In this document: in pieces, positions 45,708 through 58,560 of the stretch | Position numbering within the stretch: the first letter of the stretch is position 1 | Layout: each line of letters begins with the position of its first letter | From: Tubulanus polymorphus | Taxonomy: Eukaryota; Animalia; Nemertea | Length of the DNA stretch: 64,000 nucleotides | Assembly: GCF_964204645.1 (NCBI RefSeq) | Contig: NC_134030.1 | Coordinates: 4,196,778-4,260,777 of the forward strand | Direction of reading: 5' to 3' | Translations under genes and position numbers: made by a program | The notes under the pieces: generated by a model | Told to the model about the DNA's origin: nothing | Database searches by the model: none | The model's input: the letters and a program-made list of their open reading frames with translations, nothing else

Positions 45708-48700
45708 GAGTGCAGGGGAATGTGCAGTGATACTTATAAATAATGCTATTAATAATCTTAATTATAATCTTAATCTTAATTATTATGTAATTTATTAAAA
45801 AGTATTAACTGTTCATGTGATTGTTTGCATTATGGTTCACGAAAATAAATCATCATTATTAATTCGTTATCTACGCCCTAGGTTATGGCGTAAGGGTCAG
45901 TCGTTGAAATTTGATATCTCGTGACTGGCAGTCCATTCAGATCATACCCACAGATGTTTTGTGGTTAATACTAATCCCATTAACGTTAAGACCTATCAAT
46001 GAAACGTTTCCCCGAAAGCAATTACCGGCGTAGAAATGTCTGGAGAGTTCTGCTCGTCGGTCCGCATTGTAAATTACTGTTGTAGTCGGTTCGCTTCGCA
46101 GATTAGCATCATAGTTGCCGTATTCAATTTATTTCCGGGCTCGATCATCGATCGTATCATCGCTTCGGTTCACTCGGGATAATTCATCGGCCAGTTGGTC
46201 AGACGTGACACGCACGCACTCATTCGACTTCACCCCAAAAAGCGAAAAGACTAATTAGATTAATTAAGGACTCAACTGCGTAGTCGCGTTTTTAAGTCCA
46301 ATGAAAAATGAAGTAGAATGGATGTGGTTTCAACTGGCCATAAACGCCTCGACCGTCCAACTGGCCATAGAGTATCCAATAGAATCAATCTCCAAGTCAT
46401 CGTTAACGCGTCTCAGTAGAATAAATGTCGATTCTTTGTGAGTAGTACGGTATCGAGCTGATATCATTCTATTTAAATGGATTGGAGTTGACGCTCAATT
46501 GTAATGCAGTGTCTCTAAGCGCCTTTTAGCCGAGTTGATGATATACTCGTGGAGCACGCAACTAACCCGTACTGATATTTTTAAGACGGTAAACATAACT
46601 CAATCAGACAATATTTGATGTACGAAACGACTTTCTTATTTTCGTTCACGTGAGGTGGATCTTTTCACTATGATAATAAACAGTACCGCCGTGTGAAGCA
46701 ATATATCCATAAAATATCAGCAACATTACGTAAAACACTGATAGAACGCGGTGCATTTCACTCAGGAACATTATACCGCAAACAAATCAGTTGACCGTTA
46801 ATATAAATGTCCTGACCTTGACCATAGATCCTACGACACCTCGTTAAAAAAGCGCGCTATAGAGCAACGCGCAATTAGGGATCAAGTTGTAAAACTACGG
46901 TGAATTAGTATTCGAAGCAGAAAATCGCTTTCTCCGCTGCGGCGCTAAGATGCTTTACCGGAAATATTGACCACGAAAAGATCTGATGATTAATCACGAA
47001 AACTGCGTTCCCTCTGCACTAGAACCACCGATAACCTTGAAATATATATGTATGTGTGTCTTTTAGGTAGTTAGATATATACATAGCAAAGGTCGGAGGT
47101 AAACTTTTCGTAAAGAAACTTTTTCTACTGGAATTCGACGTTTCATCTCGGTGATAATTGCACCTTTTTGATACTGTAATTACGATCGAATGGTTCTGGT
47201 GCTTCTAGCAAGTATCGAGTACTTTGTGTGTAGCCGAAATAACAAACACTGTGCGTGCATTTGCGCTCTCGCGAAATCGATGAAAAACCCTGGAAATGTC
47301 AGTTCCACTGGTCGGCCAATCAATCAGGATTGAATACATCAATAATCTATCAGATGTTGTATATGTCGTAATGCTGAAAAAATACGTGAGAAAAAAGCAC
47401 AAACACGACACCACTAGCCGACGAGAACGCGCGTACATAAATAACACTCAATACGTAGAGAAATGAATTGATGCACAGCAAAAACTGCAATTGTTTCCTC
47501 AAGATCTGTACTAATTGAAGTTTTATGTTAAGATAAGTGGACGCAAAGAAGTGTATATGAAATGACCTGTGGAATGGTAACCCCTACCAAAACGCGACTG
47601 GTGATATTGTTAGTGTGGTGGCTGACGGTGTAGTGGGTGTACACCTCTTTAGTTCCAGGAGGGCAATAATTTATTTCGAGAATAATCTTACGCCGTTTTC
47701 TTAATATTATTCACCACTGATGAGGTGAAATATAAATGGATAGTAATAAACTACCTGTAATTTTAGCAGATGTAGGTATGCCTATTAAAGTCGTGTTTGA
47801 AAGTGGTGTTTTTGTTGTTTTTGGTCCATCCTGTTGTGGACAACGCCGAAACCAATACCTTTTCCCAAAGAAATAGACAAAGAAATGGTTTTTCCGTGTT
47901 ACTGCCTTTCAGATCATTTCAGTACAAATGTCAGGTGCTCCAACCTGTTTTCCATATTGCCCTATTCAGTCCCGTTTCGGTTGCAACAGCCGTCGAAGAC
48001 ACAACATCGCGCGCTGTGCGAGCGTGCCAGCGTTTCAGCCGTTACGCCAGTATCTGCCTCTGTTTCTATCTGTATCAACGAGCGAGCCGGATCGGTCGCT
48101 GTTTCAGTTCACTGATCCTTTAAGACGTGATTTCGAACGATGTGGAAATTATGTAATCCTGAATCACACGAAAAGCTTCATTGAAAGGGTATGTACAATA
48201 TTTACTTTTTATTCTTATTTCTCTAAACCTATGAAAATGGTTTTCACCTTTTTATTGAAAAACGTTGTTTCGATTGTTCCTTCGTTATAGCGTATAACGC
48301 ATGTATTTAGCAGTATTGGAATCTATGATCGATTCTCGACGAGAATTTCAATCTGTGCACGTTCGGTCGTTCCCGCCTGACTCTTCCGTGGTCCCCAGAA
48401 GCGAGAGAAATCGTGCTGGTTCACCGGGTCATTTTGTTGTACGCGAGTTGTCTAAATGTCATTTTTCTCCGCCCGATGTTATCGTCAGTATATTGATGCG
48501 GAAATAATTTTCCGGATGATTTTCAAATGGCGCTGATAATTTTCAAATACGAGTTCGTTGAATATTCAACGGTGTTCCAGCTTTAAGTCGTTGGAGCGTT
48601 TTAGTATTGGTTGATTTTTCGTATTTGGTGCATAAAAGCTTTTCGCATTTCATTCAGTACATCGCGCAAGACCACGATCGATCGATCGTTGCCCTAAAGA

Positions 48701-51700
48701 AATAGTTAGAAAAACAGTTCATGACTAATTCATATTTTGCTACAGGTTACGTTTCATAATATACGTATCACGGGCGGCGCGATGTTTCTCGTGAATAAAA
48801 TATTCAATATTTCAGTCTGGAATAGCGAGTTGCAGCTGTATATGCCACCGCATAAATACAATAGATCGAAAGAATGAATGAATTGCACATTCGTTGAATA
48901 GGTCTAAACCTCTTGATGAATTCCCGACCAACGCCGCGCATATAGCGGCTGAATTGATAATTTTCTCTGTGTACATAAAAAATCAACGAAGTTAGGCGCA
49001 CATATACACGTACATACAGATCTATCACTCGATGAAACATGTCGAATAGATCGAATATTAATCATTTCTTCTGAAAGATTTTCACTCTCTTAAAGACTCG
49101 ACGAACCGAGAATTTCTGAATAAGATGTACGATTTCGCGATACGCTGCCGATGATAAAACGCGAATCATATTTTCCCAAGACTTCAAAAGGACATAATGA
49201 GTGGAAACTATAGGCTTTTAAGCGAAAAACCCTCAACAAAATTCAAAAGCTGGAAAAGTCTAACTTTTCGACTCAGATTTCTTATAATGGCTTATAGAAT
49301 TGAGTCGAAACAGATTCACTTCTATTTTTCTTTTTTCATTTTATTGTGTGTTTTTCGCTTTATTGATAGGCCTACCAGGCAGTCACTTATCCATGGATAC
49401 CAACTATACAGGGCTTAGCTATCGCGGTATAAACATTTTATAGTGTGCTCCTCTGAACTTGGTGATGGAAGAATTATATCCGCAGGATGTTGTCGTATAA
49501 GAGGGTTAAAGTCGGTTGTAAATTGTTCATTGGGCATAAAATTTCCTCACAGATTTTTAATGTGTATCCGCCTGCTCTGCCAGGCTTTAATAAGAGGTAT
49601 TACGTGATGGAACTGATGGAAAAGACGGGTTTCATGTCGTGAAATTCTACCCCGGAGACTGCTCGGATAATTTGCTTTCATGCCTGGTTTGATTTCGAAT
49701 CGTTTGATGTGAAATCACGTTCCTCGCGCGATGATCATAGTTTTATTCATATGCAGCTAGAAGGAAAAAGGATATTCGCTATCTACGAACAAGCCCCCAG
49801 CGAGGAAAAAGGGGCTCTGATCTTTTTGATCTCGATAGCCGGATCGCTTTTAGGGAAAGGAAAGATGATGCGTTGAAATTTGATATCTCGACATGGTTGG
49901 AAAAATATCGCAACCAATTCGCGCCCGTCATTACGTACGAAATTCAAGCAAAAATCTGAGGGTTTTATGGTTGATTCCTATTTCTACTGAAAACCTTTAT
50001 ATTTCATGCGATTACTAATCTTTCTAGTGTCTCTATAAAGGTTATGTACGTCACGCGGATTTGTTCACATATAACCACGTCATCATCGCTCTTATGAACT
50101 GTTGGACTTCTAACTTCAGTTAAGCCGCCTGTGAATGCGATGACGTCATCGTATGTTTACCTTGTTTACGTGACTCTATCGGATGAGAATCATGGCATTT
50201 AGATTTTAGAGCTATATTTATACACGAAGAACCTTAGAAAACGACGAATTAACCAGACAGCGACGTGAGGGGAAATGACTGTAAGATAGTAATACGGACG
50301 AAGAAACTACTGGATTCAGTCATATTGATCTTTAAAAAGGTTTTGAAATCGGAAATCGAAGTACAGATATAGTTGCGTGACTGAACCGGCAAACGGCCCG
50401 ATATGGTGCCGTCATGTGAAAAAGATTTGATTCCTATAGAAATAGCTCAGTAAAAATCCCGTGTTAGCGCGTGAGTAGTTCCTAAAACTATTCGTGTTCG
50501 CTGAGACGTTGGTTAACTCGCTTTTTCCTTGGAACATTAATTTCGAAGCGATAAATAATTTTCCGTCAGTAGCGCGCCGCTCCAACCATAAACGTCTTCG
50601 ACAAGGCGGTTTTATTTACCTCGTCTCTCGTTTGTTTCCTTATTGACTTTCAATTCTCTCGATAATTGCTGACAACAAATGTCGCAAGTCGACGTCAAAC
50701 AGTCGTCTGACAAATATACAGAGCAGCGGTCGTGCGTTGAATTTGACGTGCATTCTATGCATATATATGCATGTGCATATATATTTTTAGCAGACTCTAC
50801 GAAAGGACCATTGCCACGCGGATATTTTTTTTTTCATGGAAAAAATTTCCAAATCTCGCCTGCCTTGTTAGGAAATACAACCCAACTTTCTTTTCTCGAC
50901 ACTCGTGGGATCTGAAAGACAGGAATGTGTCACCTATATTTTCGACACCTTCCGATATTTCAAATTCAGAAGAAGCCGTACGAATAAGTCAATCATTTGC
51001 ATACACGTACACGCTTCATTTTATCCTATTTTCGATGTTGTCTGGAGCAGTGTTTTATCCAGTTTGCCGATTAATCGGTTTACTCGTCAGTAGACACCTG
51101 ACGTCGGCATCAGCTTAGGCAAGAAAACGATTTATCGGATGTTCATCAAGATGAGATCTTTAGCAACATATGTAGCTAACTACCCCGTTTATGTTGAGCA
51201 AGAGCCAGGCAAAGAGTTGACTATTGCTGAACTGAATGACAATGTGACTCGACTATTAATATCACTCTGTGTACTTCTTGCTGAAAACTGATACATCGGC
51301 AAAGCGATGTTTCATGGAGACAATGCTATTATAAAAGCTGACATTAACGATATTAACGATGTATGATATCAATAGCATAATAGTTCTTGTATCTTAATAC
51401 TACTTTATTCATAATGGACATGGCTGAATATAATAGATGTGAATTGGTTTCCGATGTATGAATGTCATATTAGTAGGAGATTCCATCCGAAAATATTGTT
51501 GTATTGTTGTTAGTAAGTAAAATGTTTGAAATCATTCCATTCTATTATATCCAAAAATTTCGCGAATGTAGACCTACAAATTCAAGTTAGTTTTAAACTC
51601 GACGATCGGTTCATCGGTTCACCTGTTTAACCTTGCAAAAATATTTCACGGTAGCTTTCGCACTCACAAAAATGACGGTCGTATCGATTATCGCATAAAA

Positions 51701-54059
51701 CATTGACGGTATATCCTATAGCGGAATCCTACTCGTCAAACAAAAGAGGCAGCTGCTTCGAGTCTGCAGGTGAAAGCCCTTAGAGTGGAATTCATAAATA
51801 CTTGATTAAGTAAGATCTACATTGTGCTGATAACGTATCTAATCGACCATCAGACTCCAACTGGGAATAATAAACGCTGACACACAAAACCGTACCTGGC
51901 AGCCATCTTAAAAAGCCGTAACCATCATCAAACACACAGCCTTTAGAGTAATGATATAATTCATTAATCTATTAGAAAATTCATTAATCAATGACTTATT
52001 TATGTTGGATTTCTTCTTTCTTTCGTAACTGCTATATCAACCCATTAACGCCGAAGTTTCAACTTTGATATACATGACAAATTGCGTGTATCATCGGAGC
52101 CGGGCATAGTGATCGAATTACGCGACTAAAGCTTCTGGAAATTGCACGAATTTCATGATTTGGTAAGTTTGTTCCTTTGAAGGGTTTTCGACCAGCAAAA
52201 TGCACCTAATCGTCCATAACTATATGAACGAAATTATCACAAAGCCACGAAATGACGAATTGTTTCTGGACATCGCGACAAATTACGATACAAATTCAAT
52301 CCACGACGTTATTAACTACGTCAGATATTTCTCCGCTGTTGCATCTATCGTTTTTTTTTCATCAAAAGGAAGAAAAAACACGTGCGCAACAACAAAAGTT
52401 TCCCGTAACTTTTACGAATCCATTTATTACGCGTCGGTATTACATAGATTCATAAAATCAGATTTGCGCTGGCAATTCGCCGCAACGAAATCGAATTGCA
52501 TATTAAGCTCGGGTAGAATCGCGCCAATTTGCTCGCCTATTCGTCGGTGCCTTTCGTGCGCTTGATCTCATTTCTAGTTGGCTAAATCTGACATGTTTCA
52601 CGCGGTATCTGCGCGGAATACCGGCAATTTGGGCCCCGATTTGATTTCGCCGTGCGCCTAAGCCACTAATAATCGCCCGTTGATGAGGCACAAAGCGATC
52701 GATTTTCAGTCGTTCACCAGTGACAGATTTTGCCGGCCGGCGTCTCGAGAGTCGCCGTGTTGTGGCATATTTCCCACGTCTAAAAACGGGAAGCGAAATA
52801 ATGTCACCGGTCATGCGCAAATAAAAAATTGACATGTTCTTCGATGTCTTTATCTCTAGTCGATTTTTTTTCTGCCATTCACAAGTCCTGCAGCATTTAC
52901 GATCACTCTACTCAAAGTTACCCGGAGAAATCATGTGAAATTCTCTTCATGTGATATTCCGTCGTAAGGCTAATCGGGCATCTTGTTGTTTTTTGGAGAG
53001 CAAGGAAAAAAGTCGGTGAGTTCTACAACTTTTCCCTTTCAGTTTGTTGTTTCGTTTAATTCATTTTTCTATCTAGGCGAAACTACAGTTCTTATCTGGG
53101 ATTTTGGAAACACGTCTGGCTTCTTCTGAATATTTCCACTTTCGCAGCAGTCATATACGTCCATTCAATCTGTATATATTAGTCATCCGAATTTTAATTA
53201 TTCACGATGTCTTGGTTAAAACCCCCCTGGGGACTTTTCATATCAAGATACGGCGCGCGCGAACGGAATTCTATCAGAGTAAAATGATCAACTAATAATT
53301 ACTGAAACCAGCCCTCGAGCACCAGCTGAAGATTGACGTCAATCAGTATAGTGTCCGTGTTTTAGTGTTTCGATTATTCAAAATGACGTCCGCGAACTTC
53401 GAGTTCAGCTAGAATGAAAATTGTTGACGAGTATTGTTGACGAGTATATTTGACGAGTGTAGACATTCTTACATTAAAGAAACGATGGCACTTTAAGCAC
53501 GCTGAAAAAAATGGCGTATACTTTGAACGATTTCCCGAATCTGGATCACGACAACTGCAGTTGCACGCTTATTGATTAGCCTTGTTTTCAGAAATGCGCT
53601 AATGAGAAAATCCGGTATCTGTTTCGCGCGCCAAGCGATTTTCGCTCGCGCTCTGAATCAATATCATCGACAAGTTCCAATTATAATGTTTCACAATTTT
53701 GAAATGTCTGATTGATGAAATTTCTTCGTAAGAAAGCCCTGAGCGCTCCTCGCTCGGTGCGATCATTCAAAATTGAATATCTTTTTGATGTCTCCGAAAT
53801 TGACTCGGGCGTACAAATAAACTGAACAAATTAAGTTGCTTAGTACCGAATCAAAATCGTAATAAAATAAATTCTTATAATTTTTCGAATAAAACCAGCG
53901 CTTTATCGCTGTGCGCTGAAGCATACACATAAGATTTAACCCCTATACCCGATTCTACAGCCAGGCGTGTCCTTTAAAACTGGCTCTTGATTTCGCTGAA
54001 ATCATTTTAGTATAATGCACGTCGGTTTCAGTTTCTACATTTAGCCTACCAGTTTCTGG

Positions 54060-54230
54060 TATGCAGTCCAAACCGCATAATTCGGATCGGCTTAATCCGG
54101 ATCTTAGGTATAATCCGTATAATTTTGCAGTCCTTTTTGAAATTTGATACAAGAAAATGACTTTTGATTTGGATAAACCGGATGGATTTTGTTGGTCCCA
54201 AATGATCCGAATTAAGCGGATTCTACTATA
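54060..54230. mobile_element. Degenerate Tc1/mariner-type MITE (related in style to 465-614 and ~34350-34515)
   Basis: CAGTCCAAACCGCATAATTCGGATC ... GATCCGAATTAAGCGGATTCTACTATA inverted ends; GGTCCC before the right TIR, cf. AGTCCC at 34481. Confidence 0.5.
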
Positions 54231-57200
54231 TACATATTGCCCTTCACTATCTGACTGGAAATGGTCGTTCGTACTGTGGAGCTATATATAATTATGTATA
54301 GCCTCCACCGCTGTAGATGCCGTCAGGAACACTTCTTAGTTAGATATGTAAACATAATACGTATATTCGCGAGTCTTCAGAATTCCGATTATTATACTTG
54401 AAAGAGGCTTTAAGACAATATACCAACCAGCTTTGCGTATTCGTCTTCATGTACCTAGAACAACAACAACAACGGCAACACAAACAATGATGGAAGATAT
54501 TTGGTCTCTATTTTTTGCGAAATTCTAAATTGCAGCATCTTTTAGAAAAATTATTTCAGCGGGATTTTAATGTTCGTGCGTTTTGATTGGTTCGCCGTTA
54601 CAACGTCAATCTGTATTAGGACAATGGCGGATTAGAGGATGTTGATAAATGTCATACGTGGCTGACATTTATCTTCTGTCTACAAGTTTTTCATACGATA
54701 ACAATTCTCAACGGCCGTAAATAATTCGTTAGCCCCGAGACGCTGACAAAACGACCGTGAAATCGTCCAAAATAGAAAATAACCAACGACCTTTTGTATC
54801 GCGTAATAAATTGCCCGATTTCTCCATGCCGATTATCGGTAACTATAAACGCATCGGACAGATCATTATCTACACGAATAATGATGACCCGAACAGTCTG
54901 TTGAAGCGAATGTTGTACGGATGGTTAGACCAACGATTCATAAACAACCGATCAGCTATATTCTCTTAATGAATGCCTCATTAAGCTTCCCCGAGAGCTG
55001 TATCGAGAAACTATCATCCCGAGTAGCGAGATATATGGCTGCAATGATTAGTCCAGTAAAAGAATCTGTAATTGCCAATTTTGTACATACGTTTCCATCT
55101 ATACACTATAACCACGAAACAGAAATACGTACGTAACACCTACATAGTATCGATAAAGCGAGAGCTAACTAATTAGTCAATTAAATGGCATATTGTATCC
55201 TTACATAAATGCAGTAGAAAGCTGGCTTCGTTTCTATTGCTGCTGAAATGGCGTACGAAATATGGGATATAGTTGCATATATTCACTCATACTCACACAA
55301 ATAAACCTCACTAGAGGGGACTTGTTGTTTATATTTTCACTTTTTTATTAAAGCTTATAAGAAATGTTATCTCATGTTATAAGAATCTCCACAATTGGCC
55401 GCGGGCTGATAATAGCTTGCAACACGTGTATAACATGGAATTGCTTCTTTGATTGACGAGATTCTTCCATTTCCAATAAAAACTATCTCGCGCGCACTAC
55501 AACGATCAGATCCATTAGAGAATGAAGCAGTAGTAAAGAGTAGCCATAAATATCGGACGGTCAGTTCACGCAGCGCCGGGTCAAAGTGCGATATTAGTCA
55601 ATGAATATAACACACATTTTTATTTCACTCATTCTCGACGATTTTATCGTTCGCCGCGTAAACTGGGTCGTAAAAATCGTTACCGTTGACAGTAAATTGA
55701 TGTCGTATTATGATCTGCGAGACGCTGAAATCCCGTCATAAATCCACGCAATCATCGTAATAATTCTTCGTTCTCGTCAGAAATGTCGCAGAATTAACGA
55801 TAACTTGTCACCATCGCGTTATTCCAGCAACGAAAATTGACTAAAACGTAAAACAAACACTAAATTAAGAATGTTCTGTGTTCAAAGACACATAAATGGA
55901 ATTCTTAATGACGAATATAATTTGTATGGCTTATCATAACCGAGTAGTGAAAATTATTGTTAGGACGTCAGTGTTAAACCGTAGTTCTGTTTGTTTCATT
56001 GAATCTCAGATTTCGAATAGTTTGACGTGGGCCACGTTCCGTAATCTCATCAGTTCTCATTTCAGTAAAAGATCGGTTCTCATTTCAGTTTGAGATCGGT
56101 GTTACCCGTCGACTCGTCGTCATCGATCGAAGTTACATGTTAATAGAATTAGAACTGACTCTCTACCTCCATACCTCATCTTTCAGACAGGAGCTTGCTC
56201 ACTCTCGGTGCTCATCTCTTTAATAGTTTTTCCGTGTTTACCGTATTCTTAATACGACAGATATGCGCAGCTTAAATCTCTATCAATCCGGTTGTGGATT
56301 ATAAAAAGCAACTGCAATCTTTTCCCAGCAGAGATTACGAAAGAAATGACGAACAAACAAACTGGACCAGTTCTAAATATTTTTGGATTCAAAATCTAAA
56401 GAATACACCGGAGCAATATTGGATTATTTAAGATGTTCACATGCTATAAAACATCTTCAATCTATAATGATATAACGTGGGTGGTTTAGAAATTTTTTGT
56501 CAGTTCAGTGAAGTCGTTGTACTCGTTTGATGTTCGGTACAACGTCTGAGCAGACGGTGATTATATGAACGATCATTTGCGGATTCCGCAGAGAGATAGG
56601 CAGTAGGGGGATTGTCAATCACTCGCTCCACTCAATAATAATCCACAGACATCAGATCAAACAGACGACATCTCCGGACAGTAAGTAGTGGAGAGAGAGA
56701 GAGAGAGAGATGGAAGCCAGCAGATTATCTAATATAAGTGAAGTATAGAGAAACCTCTGAAGAACGTGCAAGGCGAAGAAGGCTTTCAGCTTCGCTGCTT
56801 AAGGGTCTTAGCGTAAGATTGTCTTAAATTTGAGCGTATAAGTAGATCGGATTATCAGGCTATTAAAAGTAACATATATCGGTGTCGTGTCACATTTCAT
56901 TTTATCTCGCATGAACAAAACTCAATTAGTTTTGATGTATAAAACCACTGGCGATATAGTCCATTATTTCATCAGATCTGACAGATTTTTAATTTCCGGT
57001 TCGCCTTTCCATGAACATATCTAACTCACGTTACATCTACCGCATTTTCCAACAACAGGACAAAAATATTCGCCCAACAATGATTACATCTCGCTCCCGA
57101 GATGCTCGAACGTTGCTTAATGTCAAACTATGTTAACGGTAGCAACTCCAATTATGTTGCATGAATTTCGTTTGAATAAAACGATTTCGGAAGCTGGTTC

Positions 57201-58278
57201 CGCGGGTTTCAAGTTGAATACATGAAAATGAATGACTTCAACTGTATCTACCCAGTGAACTATTGTACCATATCCATGATCTGCCAGCCTAATATAATGT
57301 GATTCTTGGTACAACTACGCGTAATCGCTCATAATCCGATGGTAATTTCAATTACCCCATAGCTAACGGAATTTGATTTAGCACAGCCACAGTAGGTTGG
57401 CAGATGATCGATATTGATTTGATTATAGAGAAAATTAGATATATCTTATTATTGAAAGTCCACCACTGTACGTTGCTTATTGAATGTATAATCGTTTGAT
57501 ATATACATCCATTCGAATAACCAACTCTGTATAGGGTATTTTTGTAATTTTAATATTGTTAGCAAAATGTATCTAATTAGTCTCAGTAGTACATCAGTCT
57601 TATCAGTGCGCCTTTATCAAGAGGTATCGAGAAATCTGAGGTAAACCTTCCTCAGTACTGAGAACTCATGTATATAGGATGGCCCCTCGCCAAGTCGTTT
57701 GGCATTTGTACAAAGTTCGATTCTATAGATGTATTATAACAGGTTTCGAGAATTGATTTCACCAATAATACGAACGACAAAGCCGAATAGTATGTTCTAC
57801 TGCCCACGCCGTATCGAACATTGCGAGGAACATCATTAATTGATAATTCGCAGAAAGGGATAGCTGATTGACAGGTTGACTTCAACGGTCTTATATATAT
57901 ACTGCATTGGAATATTGAGGAGAATTATCGACTTCATCAATTGTACATGCTCGATCGAATGCAACAAGTGGATCCTATACTTGCTCTTGACTGGAACCGT
58001 CTTACTCACCCCATCGATCTGTTTAATTGAACATGTTTACCGACTTGTAAATTATCTTAATACGAAATCGACACGGCTGTGTTCATCGCTTTTCGCCACG
58101 CGGAGTGCAGATGATATGCAATTTCCAACGAGAGCAACGAAAGTCCACTCTATATCGACTAGTTCGATGTTTGTTTGGAGGATGGTAGCGACTAGTCGGG
58201 CCTAAGCGTAGAATCCGGTTAAGTAGTTCCAGAGCGAATCACATATTTATATTCATCCGCACTACTAATATGCACAGC

Positions 58279-58560
58279 TGACTGGTTGGATGACTGGGCG
58301 ACTGGATGACTTGCCGACTGGTTGACTTGCCGACTGGATGACCTGATGACTGGGCGATTGGATGACTTGCCGACTGGTTGACTTGCCGATTGGTTGATTT
58401 GCCGACTGGTTGACTTGCCGACTGGATGACCTGATGACTGGGCGATTGGATGACTGAACAACTGGTTGACTGGCGGATTGGATGACTGTCGATAGTCATC
58501 TATTCATCCAGTCGTCCAATCGTCCAGTCGTCCAGTTAACCTGTCATCCATTCGCCCAGT
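58279..58560. repeat. Minisatellite (16-bp unit GACTGGWTGACTTGCC) with inverted degenerate continuation
   Basis: About 13 units at 58279-58487, then reverse-complement-like CAGTC/CATCC units at 58495-58560. Confidence 0.85.

Noticed and set aside
47797-48507. Overlapping + strand ORFs in a slightly GC-richer patch
   Set aside because: Mostly non-ATG starts and no protein-like features; more likely promoter or 5'-UTR sequence
58219-58499. Repetitive Ser/Gln/Pro-rich ORFs
   Set aside because: Products of a stop-poor minisatellite; no domain or splice support
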